Source: Eledone cirrhosa | Taxonomy: Eukaryota | Length of the DNA stretch: 64,000 nt | Assembly (NCBI GenBank): GCA_964016885.1 | Contig: OZ024742.1 | Location: forward strand, 349,618,001-349,682,000 | Reading direction: 5' to 3' | In this document: in pieces, positions 36,601-54,394 of the stretch | How the letters are laid out: every line of letters starts with the position of its first letter | How positions within the stretch are numbered: position 1 is the stretch's first letter | Made by a program: the position numbers and the translations under genes | The notes under the pieces: model-generated | Told to the model about the DNA's origin: nothing | The model's input: the letters and a program-made list of their open reading frames with translations, nothing else | Database searches by the model: none

Positions 36601-39600
36601 ATGATATATATATGTTATATATATGTCATCTATATGTTATATATATGTTATATATATGTTATATATATGTTATATATTTGTTATATATGTGTTATATATA
36701 TGATATATATATATTATATATATGTTATACTTATGTTATACATACGTTATACATATGTTATACATATGTTATATATATGTCATATATATGTTATATATGT
36801 TATATATATGTTATATTTATGTTATACATATGTTATACCTATGTTACATATATATTATATATATGTTATATATATGTTATATATATGTTATATATATGTT
36901 GTATATGTTATATATGTTATATATATGTTATATATGTTATATATATGTTATATATATTTTATATATATGTTATATATGTCATATATATGTTATATATGTT
37001 ATATATATGTTATATATATGTTATATATATGTTACATATAGGTTATACATATGTTATATATATGTTATATATATGTTATATATATGTTATATATATGTTA
37101 TACATATGTTATATATATGGTATATATATATGTTATATATATGTTATATATATGTTATATATATGTTATATATATGTTATATATATGTTATATATATGTT
37201 ATACAAATGTTATATATATGGTATATATATATGTGATATATATGTTATATATATATGTTATATATATGTTATATATATGTTATCCATATGTTATATGTAT
37301 GTTATATATATGTTATATATATGTTATATATATGTTATATATATGTTATATATATGTTATATATATGTTATATATCTGTTATATATGTGTTATATATATG
37401 ATATATATATATTATATATGTTATACATATGTTATACATACGTTATACACATGTTATACATATATTATATATATTATATATATTTAATATATGTTATATA
37501 TATGTTATATATATATGTTATATATATGTTATACATATGTTATACATATGTTATATATATGTTATATATATGTTATATATATGTTATATATATGTTATAT
37601 ATATGTTATATATATTATATATATGTTATATATGTTATCTATATGTTATATATATGTTATATATAAGTTATATATGTTATATATATAACATATATAAGTT
37701 ATATATGTTATATATATGTTATACATATGTTATATATACGTTATATATATGTTATATATAAGTTATATATATGTTATATATATGTTATACATATGTTATA
37801 TATATGATATATATATGTTATATATATGTCATCTATATGTTATATATATGTTATATGTATGTTATATATGTTATATATGTTATATATATGTTATATATAT
37901 GTTATACAAATGTTATATATATGGTATATATATGTTATATATATGTTATATATATATGTTATATATATGTTATATTTATGTTGTGTATGTTATATATATG
38001 TCATATATATGTTATATATATGTTATATATGTTATATATATGTTATATATATGTTATATATTTGTTATATATGTGTTATATATATGATATATATATATTA
38101 TATATATGTTATACTTATGTTATACATACGTTATACATATGTTATACATATGTTATATATATGTCATATATATGTTATACATGTTATATATATGTTATAT
38201 ATATGTTATACATATGTTATATATAGGGTATATATATATGTTATATATATGTTATATATATGTTATATATATGTTATATATATGTTATATATATGTTATA
38301 TATATGTTATACAAATGTTATATATATGGTATATATATGTGATATATATGTTATATATATATGTTATATATATGTTACATATATATTATATATATGTTAT
38401 ATATATGTTATATATATGTTATATATATGTTATATATGTTATATACTTTATATATATGTTATATATTTTATATATATGTTATATATATGTTATATGTATG
38501 TTATATATGTCATATATATGTTATATATGTTATATGCATGTTATATATATATGTTATATATATATGTTATATATATGTTATATATATGTTGTGCATACTA
38601 TATATATGTTATATATATGTTATCCATATGTTATATGTATGTTATATATATATGTTATATATATGTTATATATATGTTATATATATGTTATATATATGTT
38701 ATATATATGTTATATATCTGTTATATATGTGTTATATATATGATATATATATATTATATATGTTATACATATGTTATACATACGTTATACATATGTTATA
38801 CATATATTATATATATTATATATAATTTATATATGTTATATATATGTTATATATATATGTTATATATATGTTATACATATGTTATACATATGTTATATAT
38901 ATGTTATATATATGTTATATATATGTTATATATATGTTATATATATGTTATATATATATTATATATATGTTATATATGTTATCTATATGTTATATATATG
39001 TTATATATAAGTTATATATGTTATATATTGGTTATATATATGTTATATATGTTATATATATGTTATACATATGTTATATATACGTTATATATATGTTATA
39101 TATAAGTTATATATATGTTATATATATGTTATACATATGTTATATATATGATATATATATGTTATATATATGTCATCTATATGTTATATATATGTTATAT
39201 ATATGTTATATATATGTTATATATTTGTTATATATGTGTTATATATATGATATATATATATATTATATATATGTTATACTTATGTTATACATACGTTATA
39301 CATATGTTATACATATGTTATATATATGTCATATATATGTTATATATGTTATATATATGTTATATTTATGTTATACATATGTTATACCTATGTTACATAT
39401 ATATTATATATATGTTATATATATGTTATATATATGTTATATATATGTTGTATATGTTATATATGTTATATATATGTTATATATATGTCATAGATATGTT
39501 ATACATATGTTATATATATGTTATATATGTCATATATATGTTATATATGTTATATATATGTTATATATATGTTATATATATGTTACATATAGGTTATACA

Positions 39601-42600
39601 TATGTTATATATATGTTATATATATGTTATATATATGTTATATATATGTTATACATATGTTATATATATGGTATATATATATGTTATATATATGTTATAT
39701 ATATGTTATATATATGTTATATATATGTTATATATATGTTATATATATGTTATACAAATGTTATATATATGGTATATATATATGTGATATATATGTTATA
39801 TATATATGTTATATATATGTTATATATATGTTATCCATATGTTATATGTATGTTATATATATGTTATATATATGTTATATATATGTTATATATATGTTAT
39901 ATATATGTTATATATATGTTATATATCTGTTATATATGTGTTATATATATGATATATATATATTATATATGTTATACATATGTTATACATACGTTATACA
40001 TATGTTATACATATATTATATATATTATATATATTTAATATATGTTATATATATGTTATATATATATGTTATATATATGTTATACATATGTTATACATAT
40101 GTTATATATATGTTATATATATGTTATATATATGTTATATATATGTTATATATATGTTATATATATTATATATATGTTATATATGTTATCTATATGTTAT
40201 ATATATGTTATATATAAGTTATATATGTTATATATTGGTTATATATATGTTATATATGTTATATATATGTTATACATATGTTATATATACGTTATATATA
40301 TGTTATATATAAGTTATATATATGTTATATATATGTTATACATATGTTATATATATGATATATATATGTTATATATATGTCATCTATATGTTATATATAT
40401 GTTATATGTATGTTATATATGTTATATATGTTATATATATGTTATATATATGTTATACAAATGTTATATATATGGTATATATATGTTATATATATGTTAT
40501 ATATATATGTTATATATATGTTATATTTATGTTGTGTATGTTATATATATGTCATATATATGTTATATATATGTTATATATGTTATATATATGTTATATA
40601 TATGTTATATATTTGTTATATATGTGTTATATATATGATATATATATATTATATATATGTTATACTTATGTTATACATACGTTATACATATGTTATACAT
40701 ATGTTATATATATGTCATATATATGTTATACATGTTATATATATGTTATATATATGTTATACATATGTTATATATAGGGTATATATATATGTTATATATA
40801 TGTTATATATATGTTATATATATGTTATATATATGTTATATATATGTTATATATATGTTATACAAATGTTATATATATGGTATATATATGTGATATATAT
40901 GTTATATATATATGTTATATATATGTTACATATATATTATATATATGTTATATATATGTTATATATATGTTATATATATGTTATATATGTTATATACTTT
41001 ATATATATGTTATATATTTTATATATATGTTATATATATGTTATATGTATGTTATATATGTCATATATATGTTATATATGTTATATGCATGTTATATATA
41101 TATGTTATATATATATGTTATATATATGTTATATATATGTTGTGCATACTATATATATGTTATATATATGTTATCCATATGTTATATGTATGTTATATAT
41201 ATATGTTATATATATGTTATATATATGTTATATATATGTTATATATATGTTATATATATGTTATATATCTGTTATATATGTGTTATATATATGATATATA
41301 TATATTATATATGTTATACATATGTTATACATACGTTATACATATGTTATACATATATTATATATATTATATATAATTTATATATGTTATATATATGTTA
41401 TATATATATGTTATATATATGTTATACATATGTTATACATATGTTATATATATGTTATATATATGTTATATATATGTTATATATATGTTATATATATGTT
41501 ATATATATATTATATATATGTTATATATGTTATCTATATGTTATATATATGTTATATATAAGTTATATATGTTATATATTGGTTATATATATGTTATATA
41601 TGTTATATATATGTTATACATATGTTATATATACGTTATATATATGTTATATATAAGTTATATATATGTTATATATATGTTATACATATGTTATATATAT
41701 GATATATATATGTTATATATATGTCATCTATATGTTATATATATGTTATATATATGTTATATATATGTTATATATTTGTTATATATGTGTTATATATATG
41801 ATATATATATATATTATATATATGTTATACTTATGTTATACATACGTTATACATATGTTATACATATGTTATATATATGTCATATATATGTTATATATGT
41901 TATATATATGTTATATTTATGTTATACATATGTTATACCTATGTTACATATATATTATATATATGTTATATATATGTTATATATATGTTATATATATGTT
42001 GTATATGTTATATATGTTATATATATGTTATATATATGTCATAGATATGTTATACATATGTTATATATATGTTATATATGTTACATATTTGTTATATACA
42101 TGTTATATATATGTTATATATGTTATATATATATTATATAATATGATATATATATGTTATACATATATGCTATATGTATATGTTATATATATGTTATAGA
42201 TATGTTATATATATATGTTATATATGTTATATATGTTATATATATTTTATATGTTATATATATGTTATATATGTTATATATATTTTATATATATATTATA
42301 TATATGTTATATATTTGTTATACATATGTTATATATATGTTATATATATGTTATATATATGTTATATATGTTATATATGTTATATATATGTTATATATGT
42401 TATACATATTTCATATATATGTTATATATATGTTATATATATGTCATATATATGTTATATATCTGCTATATATGTTATATATTTGTTATACATATGTTAT
42501 ATATATGTTATATATATGTTATATATATGTTATATATATGTTATATATGTTATATATGTTATATATATGTGATATATGTTATACATATTTCATATATATG

Positions 42601-45600
42601 TTGTATATATGTTATATATATGTCATATATATGTTATATATCTGCTATATATGTTATATATTTGTTATATATATGTTATATATATGTTATACAATTTATA
42701 TATATTATAAATATGTTATATATGTGTTATATATATGTTATATATATGATATACATATGTTATCTATATGTTATATATATGTTATATATATGTTATATAT
42801 ATCTTATACATGTTATATATATGTTATATATATGTTATATAATTTATATATATTATACATATGTTATATATATATGTTATATATATATGTGATATATATG
42901 TTATATATATGTTATATATATGTTATATATGTGTTATATATGTTATATATGTTATATATGTTATATATATGTTATATATGTGTTATATATGTTATATATA
43001 TGTTATACATATGTTATATATATGTTATATATATGTTATATATATATGCTATATGTATATGTTATACATGTTATATATATGTTATATATATGTTATACAA
43101 TTTATATATATTATACATATGTTATATATGTGTTATATATATGTTATATATATGTTATATATATGTTATATATATGTTATATATATGTTATACACATGTT
43201 ATACATATGTTATATATATGTTATATATATGTTATACATATGTTATATATATGGTATATACATATGTTATATATATCTTATATATATGTTATATATATGT
43301 TATATATATGTTATATATATATTATATATGTGTTATACAAATGTTATATATATGGTATATATGTTATATATATGTTATATATATATGTTATATATATGTT
43401 ATATATATGTTGTGTATGTTATATATATGTTATATATATGTTATACATATGTTATATATGGTATATACATGTTATATATATGTTATATATACATGTTATT
43501 TATATGTTATATATGTTATATATATGTTATATATATGTTATATATATATTATATATATGTTACATATGTTATCTATATGTTATATATATGTTATATATAA
43601 GTTATATATGTTATATATAGGTTATATATATGTTATATATGTTATATATATGTTATACATATGTTATATATATGTTATATATATGTAATATATAAGTTTT
43701 ATATATGTTATATATATGTTATACATATGTTATACATATTTATAACATATGTTATATATGTGTTATATATTTGTTATATATGTTATATATATGTTATATA
43801 TATGTTTCATATAGGTTATATATATGTTATATATATGTTATATATATGTTATACATATGTTATATATATGGTATATATATATGTTATGTATATGTTATAT
43901 ATATGTTATATATATGTTATATATATGTTATATATATGTTATATATATGTTATACAAATGTTATATATATGGTATATATATATGTGATATATATGTTATA
44001 TATATATGTTATATATATGTTATATATATGTTATATAAATGTTATATATATGGTATATATATATGTGATATATATGTTATATATATATGTTATATATATG
44101 TTATATATATGTTATCCATATGTTATATGTATGTTATATATATATGTTATATATATGTTATATATATGTTATATATATGTTATATATATGTTATATATAT
44201 GTTATATATCTGTTATATATGTGTTATATATATGATATATATATATTATATATGTTATACATATGTTATACATACGTTATACATATGTTATACATATATT
44301 ATATATATTATATATATTTAATATATGTTATATATATGTTATATATATATGTTATATATATGTTATACATATGTTATACATATGTTATATATATGTTATA
44401 TATATGTTATATATATGTTATATATATGTTATATATATGTTATATATATTATATATATGTTATATATGTTATCTATATGTTATATATATGTTATATATAA
44501 GTTATATATGTTATATATTGGTTATATATATGTTATATATGTTATATATATGTTATACATATGTTATATATACGTTATATATATGTTATATATAAGTTAT
44601 ATATATGTTATATATATGTTATACATATGTTATATATATGATATATATATGTTATATATATGTCATCTATATGTTATATATATGTTATATGTATGTTATA
44701 TATGTTATATATGTTATATATATGTTATATATATGTTATACAAATGTTATATATATGGTATATATATGTTATATATATGTTATATATATATGTTATATAT
44801 ATGTTATATATATGTTGTGTATGTTATATATATGTCATATATATGTTATATATATGTTATATATGTTATATATATGTTATATATATGTTATATATTTGTT
44901 ATATATGTGTTATATATATGATATATATATATTATATATATGTTATACTTATGTTATACATACGTTATACATATGTTATACATATGTTATATATATGTCA
45001 TATATATGTTATATATGTTATATATATGTTATATATATGTTATACATATGTTATATATAGGGTATATATATATGTTATATATATGTTATATATATGTTAT
45101 ATATATGTTATATATATGTTATATATATGTTATATATATGTTATACAAATGTTATATATATGGTATATATATGTGATATATATGTTATATATATATGTTA
45201 TATATATGTTACATATATATTATATATATGTTATATATATGTTATATATATGTTATATATATGTTATATATGTTATATACTTTATATATATGTTATATAT
45301 TTTATATATATGTTATATATATGTTATATGTATGTTATATATGTCATATATATGTTATATATGTTATATGCATGTTATATATATATGTTATATATATATG
45401 TTATATATATGTTATATATATGTTGTGCATGCTATATATATGTTATATATATGTTATCCATATGTTATATGTATGTTATATATATATGTTATATATATGT
45501 TATATATATGTTATATATATGTTATATATATGTTATATATATGTTATATATCTGTTATATATGTGTTATATATATGATATATATATATTATATATGTTAT

Positions 45601-48600
45601 ACATATGTTATACATACGTTATACATATGTTATACATATATTATATATATTATATATAATTTATATATGTTATATATATGTTATATATATATGTTATATA
45701 TATGTTATACATATGTTATACATATGTTATATATATGTTATATATATGTTATATATATGTTATATATATGTTATATATATGTTATATATATATTATATAT
45801 ATGTTATATATGTTATCTATATGTTATATATATGTTATATATAAGTTATATATGTTATATATTGGTTATATATATGTTATATATGTTATATATATGTTAT
45901 ACATATGTTATATATACGTTATATATATGTTATATATAAGTTATATATATGTTATATATATGTTATACATATGTTATATATATGATATATATATGTTATA
46001 TATGTGTCATCTATATGTTATATATATGTTATATATATGTTATATATATGTTATATATTTGTTATATATGTGTTATATATATGATATATATATATATTAT
46101 ATATATGTTATACTTATGTTATACATACGTTATACATATGTTATACATATGTTATATATATGTCATATATATGTTATATATGTTATATATATGTTATATT
46201 TATGTTATACATATGTTATACCTATGTTACATATATATTATATATATGTTATATATATGTTATATATATGTTATATATATGTTGTATATGTTATATATGT
46301 TATATATATGTTATATATGTTATATATATGTTATATATATTTTATATATATGTTATATATGTCATATATATGTTATATATGTTATATATATGTTATATAT
46401 ATGTTATATATATGTTACATATAGGTTATACATATGTTATATATATGTTATATATATGTTATATATATGTTATATATATGTTATACATATGTTATATATA
46501 TGTTATATATATGTTATATATATGTTATACAAATGTTATATATATGGTATATATATGTGATATATATGTTATATATATATGTTATATATATGTTACATAT
46601 ATATTATATATATGTTATATATATGTTATATATATGTTATATATATGTTATATATGTTATATATGTTATATATATGTTATATATGTTATATATATGTTAT
46701 ATATATGTTATATATATGTTATATATATGTTATATATGTCATATATATGTTATATATGTTATATGCATGTTATATATATATGTTATATATATATGTTATA
46801 TATATATGTTATATATATGTTATATATACGTTGTGTATGCTATATATATGTTATATATTTGTTATCCATATGTTATATGCATGTTATATATATATGTTAT
46901 ATATATGTTATATATATGTTATATATATGTTATATATATGTTATATATATGTTATATATATGTTATATATATGTTATATATCTGTTATATATGTGTTATA
47001 TATATGATATATATATATGTTATATATGTTAAACATACGTTATACATATGTTATACATATATTATATATATTATATATATTTTATATATGTTATATATAT
47101 GTTATATATATATGTTATATATATGTTATACTTATGTTATACATATGTTATATATATGTTATATATATGTTATATATATGTTATATATATGTTATATATA
47201 TGTTATATATATATTATATATTTGTTATATATGTTATCTATATGTTATATATATGTTATATATAAGTTATATATGTTATATATTGGTTATATATATGTTA
47301 TATATGTTATATATATGTTATACATATGTTATATATATGTTATATATATGTTATATATAAGTTATATATATGTTATATATATGTTATACATATGTTATAT
47401 ATATGATATATATATATGTTATATGTATGTTATATATATGTTATACATATGTTATACATATTTATAACATATGTTATATATACGTTATATATATGTTATA
47501 TATGTTATATATATGTTAAATATATTTTACATATAGGTTATATATATGTTATATATATGTTATATATATGTCTTCTATATGTTATATATATGTTATATGT
47601 ATGTTATATATGTTATATATGTTATATATATGTTATATATATGTTATACAAATGTTAAATATATGGTATATATATGTTATATATATGTTATATATATATG
47701 TTATATATATGTTATATATATGTTGTGTAAGTTATATATATGTTATATATATGTTATATATATGTTATATATATGTTATATATATGTTATATATATGTTA
47801 TATATTTGTTATATATGTGTTATATATATGATATATATATATATTATATATATGTTATACATATGTTATACATACGTTATACATATGTTATACATATGTT
47901 ATATATATGTCATATATATGTTATATATGTTATATATATGTTATATATATGTTATACATATGTTATACATATGTTACATATATATTATATATATGTTATA
48001 TATATGTTATATATATGTTATATATATGTTATATATGTTATATATGTTATATATATGTTATATATGTTATATATATGTTATATATATGTTATATATGTCA
48101 TATATATGTTATATATGTTATATATATGTTATACATATTTTATATATATGTTATATATGTTATATATATGTTATATATATGTTATATATATGTTATATAT
48201 ATGTTATATATGTTATATATATGTTATATATATATGTTATATATATGTTATATATGTTATATATATGTTATATATATGTCATAGATATGTTATACATATA
48301 TGCTATACGTATATGTTTTATATATGTTATAGATATGTTATATATATATGTTATATATGTTATATATGCTATATATATGTTAGATATGTTATATATATGT
48401 TATATATGTTATATATATGTTATATATATGTTATATATATGTTATATATATGTTATACATATGTTATATATATGTTATATATATGTTATATATATGTTAT
48501 ATATGTTATATATGTTATATATATGTCATATATATGTTATATATATGTTATATATATGTTATATATATCTTATACATGTTATATATATATGTTATATATA

Positions 48601-51600
48601 TGTTATATAATTTATATATATTATACATATGTTATATATATATGTTATATACATGTTATATATGTTATACATATGTTATATATATGTTATATATATGTTA
48701 TATATATGTTATATATATGTTATATATGCATTATATATGTTATATATATGTTATACATATGTTATATATATGTTATATATATGTTATATATATGTTATAC
48801 ATGTTATATATATGTTTTATATGTTATACAATTTATATATATTATACATATGTTATATATATGTTATATATATGTTATATATATGTTATATATATGTTAT
48901 ATATATGTTATATATATGTTATATATATGTTATACACATGTTATACATATGTTATATATATGTTATACATATGTTATATATATGTTATATATATGTTATA
49001 TATATGTTATATATATATGTTATATATATGGTATATATATGTTATATATATGTTATATATATGTTATACAAATGTTATATATATGGTATATATATGTGAT
49101 ATATATGTTATATATATATGTTATATATATGTTATATATATGTTGTGCATGCTATATATATGTTATATATATGTTATCCATATGTTATATGTATGTTATA
49201 TATATATGTTATATATATGTTATATATATGTTATATATATGTTATATATATGTTATATATATGTTATATATCTGTTATATATGTGTTATATATATGATAT
49301 ATATATATTATATATGTTATACATATGTTATACATACGTTATACATATGTTATACATATATTATATATATTATATATATTTTATATATGTTATATATATG
49401 TTATATATATATGTTATATATATGTTATACATATGTTATACATATGTTATATATATGTTATATATATGTTATATATATGTTATATATATGTTATATATAT
49501 GTTATATATATATTATATATATGTTATATATGTTATCTATATGTTATATATATGTTATATATAAGTTATATATGTTATATATTGGTTATATATATGTTAT
49601 ATATGTTATATATATGTTATACATATGTTATATATACGTTATATATATGTTATATATAAGTTATATATATGTTATATATATGTTATACATATGTTATATA
49701 TATGATATACATATGTTATATATATGTCATCTATATGTTATATATATGTTATATATATGTTATATATATGTTATATATTTGTTATATATGTTTTATATAT
49801 ATGATATATATATATATTATATATATGTTATACTTATGTTATACATACGTTATACATATGTTATACATATGTTATATATATGTCATATATATGTTATATA
49901 TGTTATATATATGTTATATTTATGTTATACATATGTTATACCTATGTTACATATATATTATATATATGTTATATATATGTTATATATATGTTATATATAT
50001 GTTATATATGTTATATATGTTATATATATGTTATATATGTTATATATATGTTATATATATTTTATATATATGTTATATATGTCATATATATGTTATATAT
50101 GTTATATATATGTTATATATATGTTATATATATGTTACATATAGGTTATACATATGTTATATATATGTTATATATATGTTATATATATGTTATATATATG
50201 TTATACATATGTTATATATATGGTATATATATATGTTATATATATGTTATATATATGTTATATATATGTTATATATATGTTATATATATGTTATATATAT
50301 GTTATACAAATGTTATATATATGGTATATATATGTGATATATATGTTATATATATATGTTATATATATGTTACATATATTTTATATATATGTTATATATA
50401 TGTTATATATATGTTATATATATGTTATATATGTTATATATGTTATATATATGTTATATATGTTATATATATGTTATATATATGTTATATATATGTTATA
50501 TATATGTTATATATGTCATATATATGTTATATATGTTATATGCATGTTATATATATATGTTATATATATATGTTATATATATGTTATATATACGTTGTGT
50601 ATGCTATATATATGTTATATATTTGTTATCCATATGTTATATGCATGTTATATATATATGTTATATATATGTTATATATATGTTATATATATGTTATATA
50701 TATGTTATATATATGTTATATATATATTATATATCTGTTATATATGTGTTATATATATGATATATATATATGTTATATATGTTAAACATACGTTATACAT
50801 ATGTTATACATATATTATATATATTATATATATTTTATATATGTTATATATATGTAATATATATATGTTATATATATGTTATACTTATGTTATACATATG
50901 TTATATATATGTTATATATATGTTATATATATGTTATATATATGTTATATATATGTTATATATATATTATATATTTGTTATTTATGTTATCTATATGTTA
51001 TATATATGTTATATATAAGTTATATATGTTATATATTGGTTATATATATATGTTATATATGTTATATATATGTTATACATATGTTATATATATGTTATAT
51101 ATATGTTATATATAAGTTATATATATGTTATATATATGTTATACATATGTTATATATATGATATATATATATGTTATATGTATGTTATATATATGTTATA
51201 CATATGTTATACATATTTATAACATATGTTATATATACGTTATATATATGTTATATATGTTATATATATGTTAAATATATTTTACATATAGGTTATATAT
51301 ATGTTATATATATGTTATATATATGTCATCTATATGTTATATATATGTTATATGTATGTTATATATGTTATATATGTTATATATATATGTTATACAAATG
51401 TTAAATATATGGTATATATATGTTATATATATGTTATATATATATGTTATATATATGTTATATATATGTTGTGTAAGTTACATATATGTTATATATATGT
51501 TATATATATGTTATATATATGTTATATATATGTTATATATATGTTATATATTTGTTATATATGTGTTATATATATGATATATATATATATTATATATATG

Positions 51601-53377
51601 TTATACATATGTTATACATACGTTATACATATGTTATACATATGTTATATATATGTCATATATATGTTATATATGTTATATATATGTTATATATATGTTA
51701 TACATATGTTATACATATGTTACATATATATTATATATATGTTATATATATGTTATATATATGTTATATATATGTTATATATGTTATATATGTTATATAT
51801 ATGTTATATATGTTATATATATGTTATATATATGTTATATATGTCATATATATGTTATATATGTTATATATATGTTATACATATTTTATATATATGTTAT
51901 ATATGTTATATATATGTTATATATATGTTATATATATGTTATATATATGTTATATATGTTATATATATGTTATATATATATGTTATATATATGTTATATA
52001 TGTTATATATATGTTATATATATGTCATAGATATGTTATACATATATGCTATACGTATATGTTTTATATATGTTATAGATATGTTATATATATATGTTAT
52101 ATATGTTATATATGTTATATATATGTTAGATATGTTATATATATGTTATATATGTTATATATATGTTATATATATGTTATATATATGTTATATATATGTT
52201 ATACATATGTTATATATATGTTATATATATGTTATATATATGTTATATATGTTATATATGTTATATATATGTCATATATATGTTATATATATGTTATATA
52301 TATGTTATATATATCTTATACATGTTATATATATATGTTATATATATGTTATATAATTTATATATATTATACATATGTTATATATATATGTTATATACAT
52401 GTTATATATGTTATACATATGTTATATATATGTTATATATATGTTATATATATGTTATATATATGTTATATATGTATTATATATGTTATATATATGTTAT
52501 ACATATGTTATATATATGTTATATATATGTTATATATATGTTATACATGTTATATATATGTTTTATATGTTATACAATTTATATATATTATACATATGTT
52601 ATATATATGTTATATATATGTTATATATATGTTATATATATGTTATATATATGTTATATATATGTTATATATATGTTATATATATGTTATACACATGTTA
52701 TACATATGTTATATATATGTTATACATATGTTATATATATGTTATATATATGTTATATATATGTTATATATATGTTATATATATGTTATATATATCTTAT
52801 ATATGTTATATATATGTTATATATATGTTATATATATGTTATATATGTTATATATATGTTATATATATGTTATATATGTTATATATGTTATATATATTTT
52901 ATATATATGTTATATATGTTATATATATGTTATATATATATGTTATATATGTTATATATAATTTATATATATGTTATATATGTTATATATATATTATATA
53001 TTTTATATATGTTATATATATGTTATATATGTTATATATATGTTATATATATGTTATATATGTTATATATGTTATATATATTTGTGTTATATATGTTATA
53101 TATGTTATTTATATGTTATATATATGTTATATATATGTGTTATATATGTTATATATATATATGTTATATATGTTATATGTGTGTTTTATACGTGTTTTAT
53201 ATGATATGGAGCTGAAAGCTGGTCCTTCCCTAAAGTACATGTAGAAGTGTTTTGAGAAGAAGCGGACCAGAATATTAGACAATTGATGAAGAACCAAAAA
53301 AAACGACAAACATTGAGAACATTTTAATAGATTCCATAGAAGAGGGAAGCTGAAACATGGCGGACACTTAAGTAGAA

Positions 53378-54372
53378 ACACACATACACATACAGATACA
53401 CATACATACACAGATTCACGCACACATATACATACACACTTAAACATGTACATACACACTTAAACATGTACATACATACATACATACATACATACACATA
53501 CATGTACACACATACATACATACACATACATGTACACACATACAAACATACATACACATACATGTACACACATACATACATACATATGTACACACATACA
53601 TACATGCACATACATGCACACACATACATACATACATAGATACATACACATACATGTACACACATACATACACATACATGTACACACATACATACATACA
53701 TACATACATACATACATACATACATACACATACATGTACACACATACATACATACACATACATGTACACACATACATACATACATAGACATACCTGTACA
53801 CACATACATACATACATATTCATATACACATATACATACATACACAAACATTTACACACATACATACATACATACATACATACATACATACATACATACA
53901 TACATACACACATACATACATACATACATACACATACATGTACACACATACATACACATACATGTACACACATACATACATACATACATACATACATACA
54001 TACATACATACATACATACACATACATGTACACACATACATACATACACATACATGTACACACATACATACATACATACACATACATGTACATACATACA
54101 TACATACATACACATACATGTACATACATACACATACATATGTACACACATACATACATACACATATAGAACACATACACATAGAGACACACATACACAT
54201 ACATGTACATACATACACACACATGTACATACATACACATGTACATACATACATACACACGCACACTCACACGAATGTACATACATACAAACGTACATAC
54301 ATGTGTATACACACACACACACATACATATACATATACACATACAGATACACATACACATGGACACACGCAC
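53378..54372 (+). repeat. Compound (CATA)n/(CA)n microsatellite with a recurring catgtaca variant
   Basis: Read directly. It explains the spurious H/T/Y/I and V/C/M/Y ORFs. Confidence 0.95.
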
Positions 54373-54394
54373 TTGATTAGAGTAGCTATTAATA

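Larger units (their letters stand above)
1..53200 (+). repeat. Giant AT-rich satellite of GTT(AT)n units (consensus GTTATATATAT 11 bp, GTTATATAT 9 bp, some 13 bp; variants such as GTTATACATAT, GGTATATATAT, GTCATATATAT)
   Basis: Read directly from the sequence. It is continuous from the window start (extends beyond it) to ~53,200, where it degenerates (gtgttttatacgtgttttatatgatatgg). It is interrupted only at 277-503, 1634-1860 and 3596-3633. GTT stays on the + strand throughout. Confidence 0.98.

Noticed and set aside
35670-45065. TAGGG variants in the satellite as telomeric repeats
   Set aside because: They are four isolated copies of one substitution propagated by duplication, not tandem TTAGGG.
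26-53244. Hundreds of + strand ORFs rich in Y/I/C/M/V/L
   Set aside because: These are translations of the GTT(AT)n satellite, which lacks stop codons on + in all three frames. They overlap in every frame and have no domain content.
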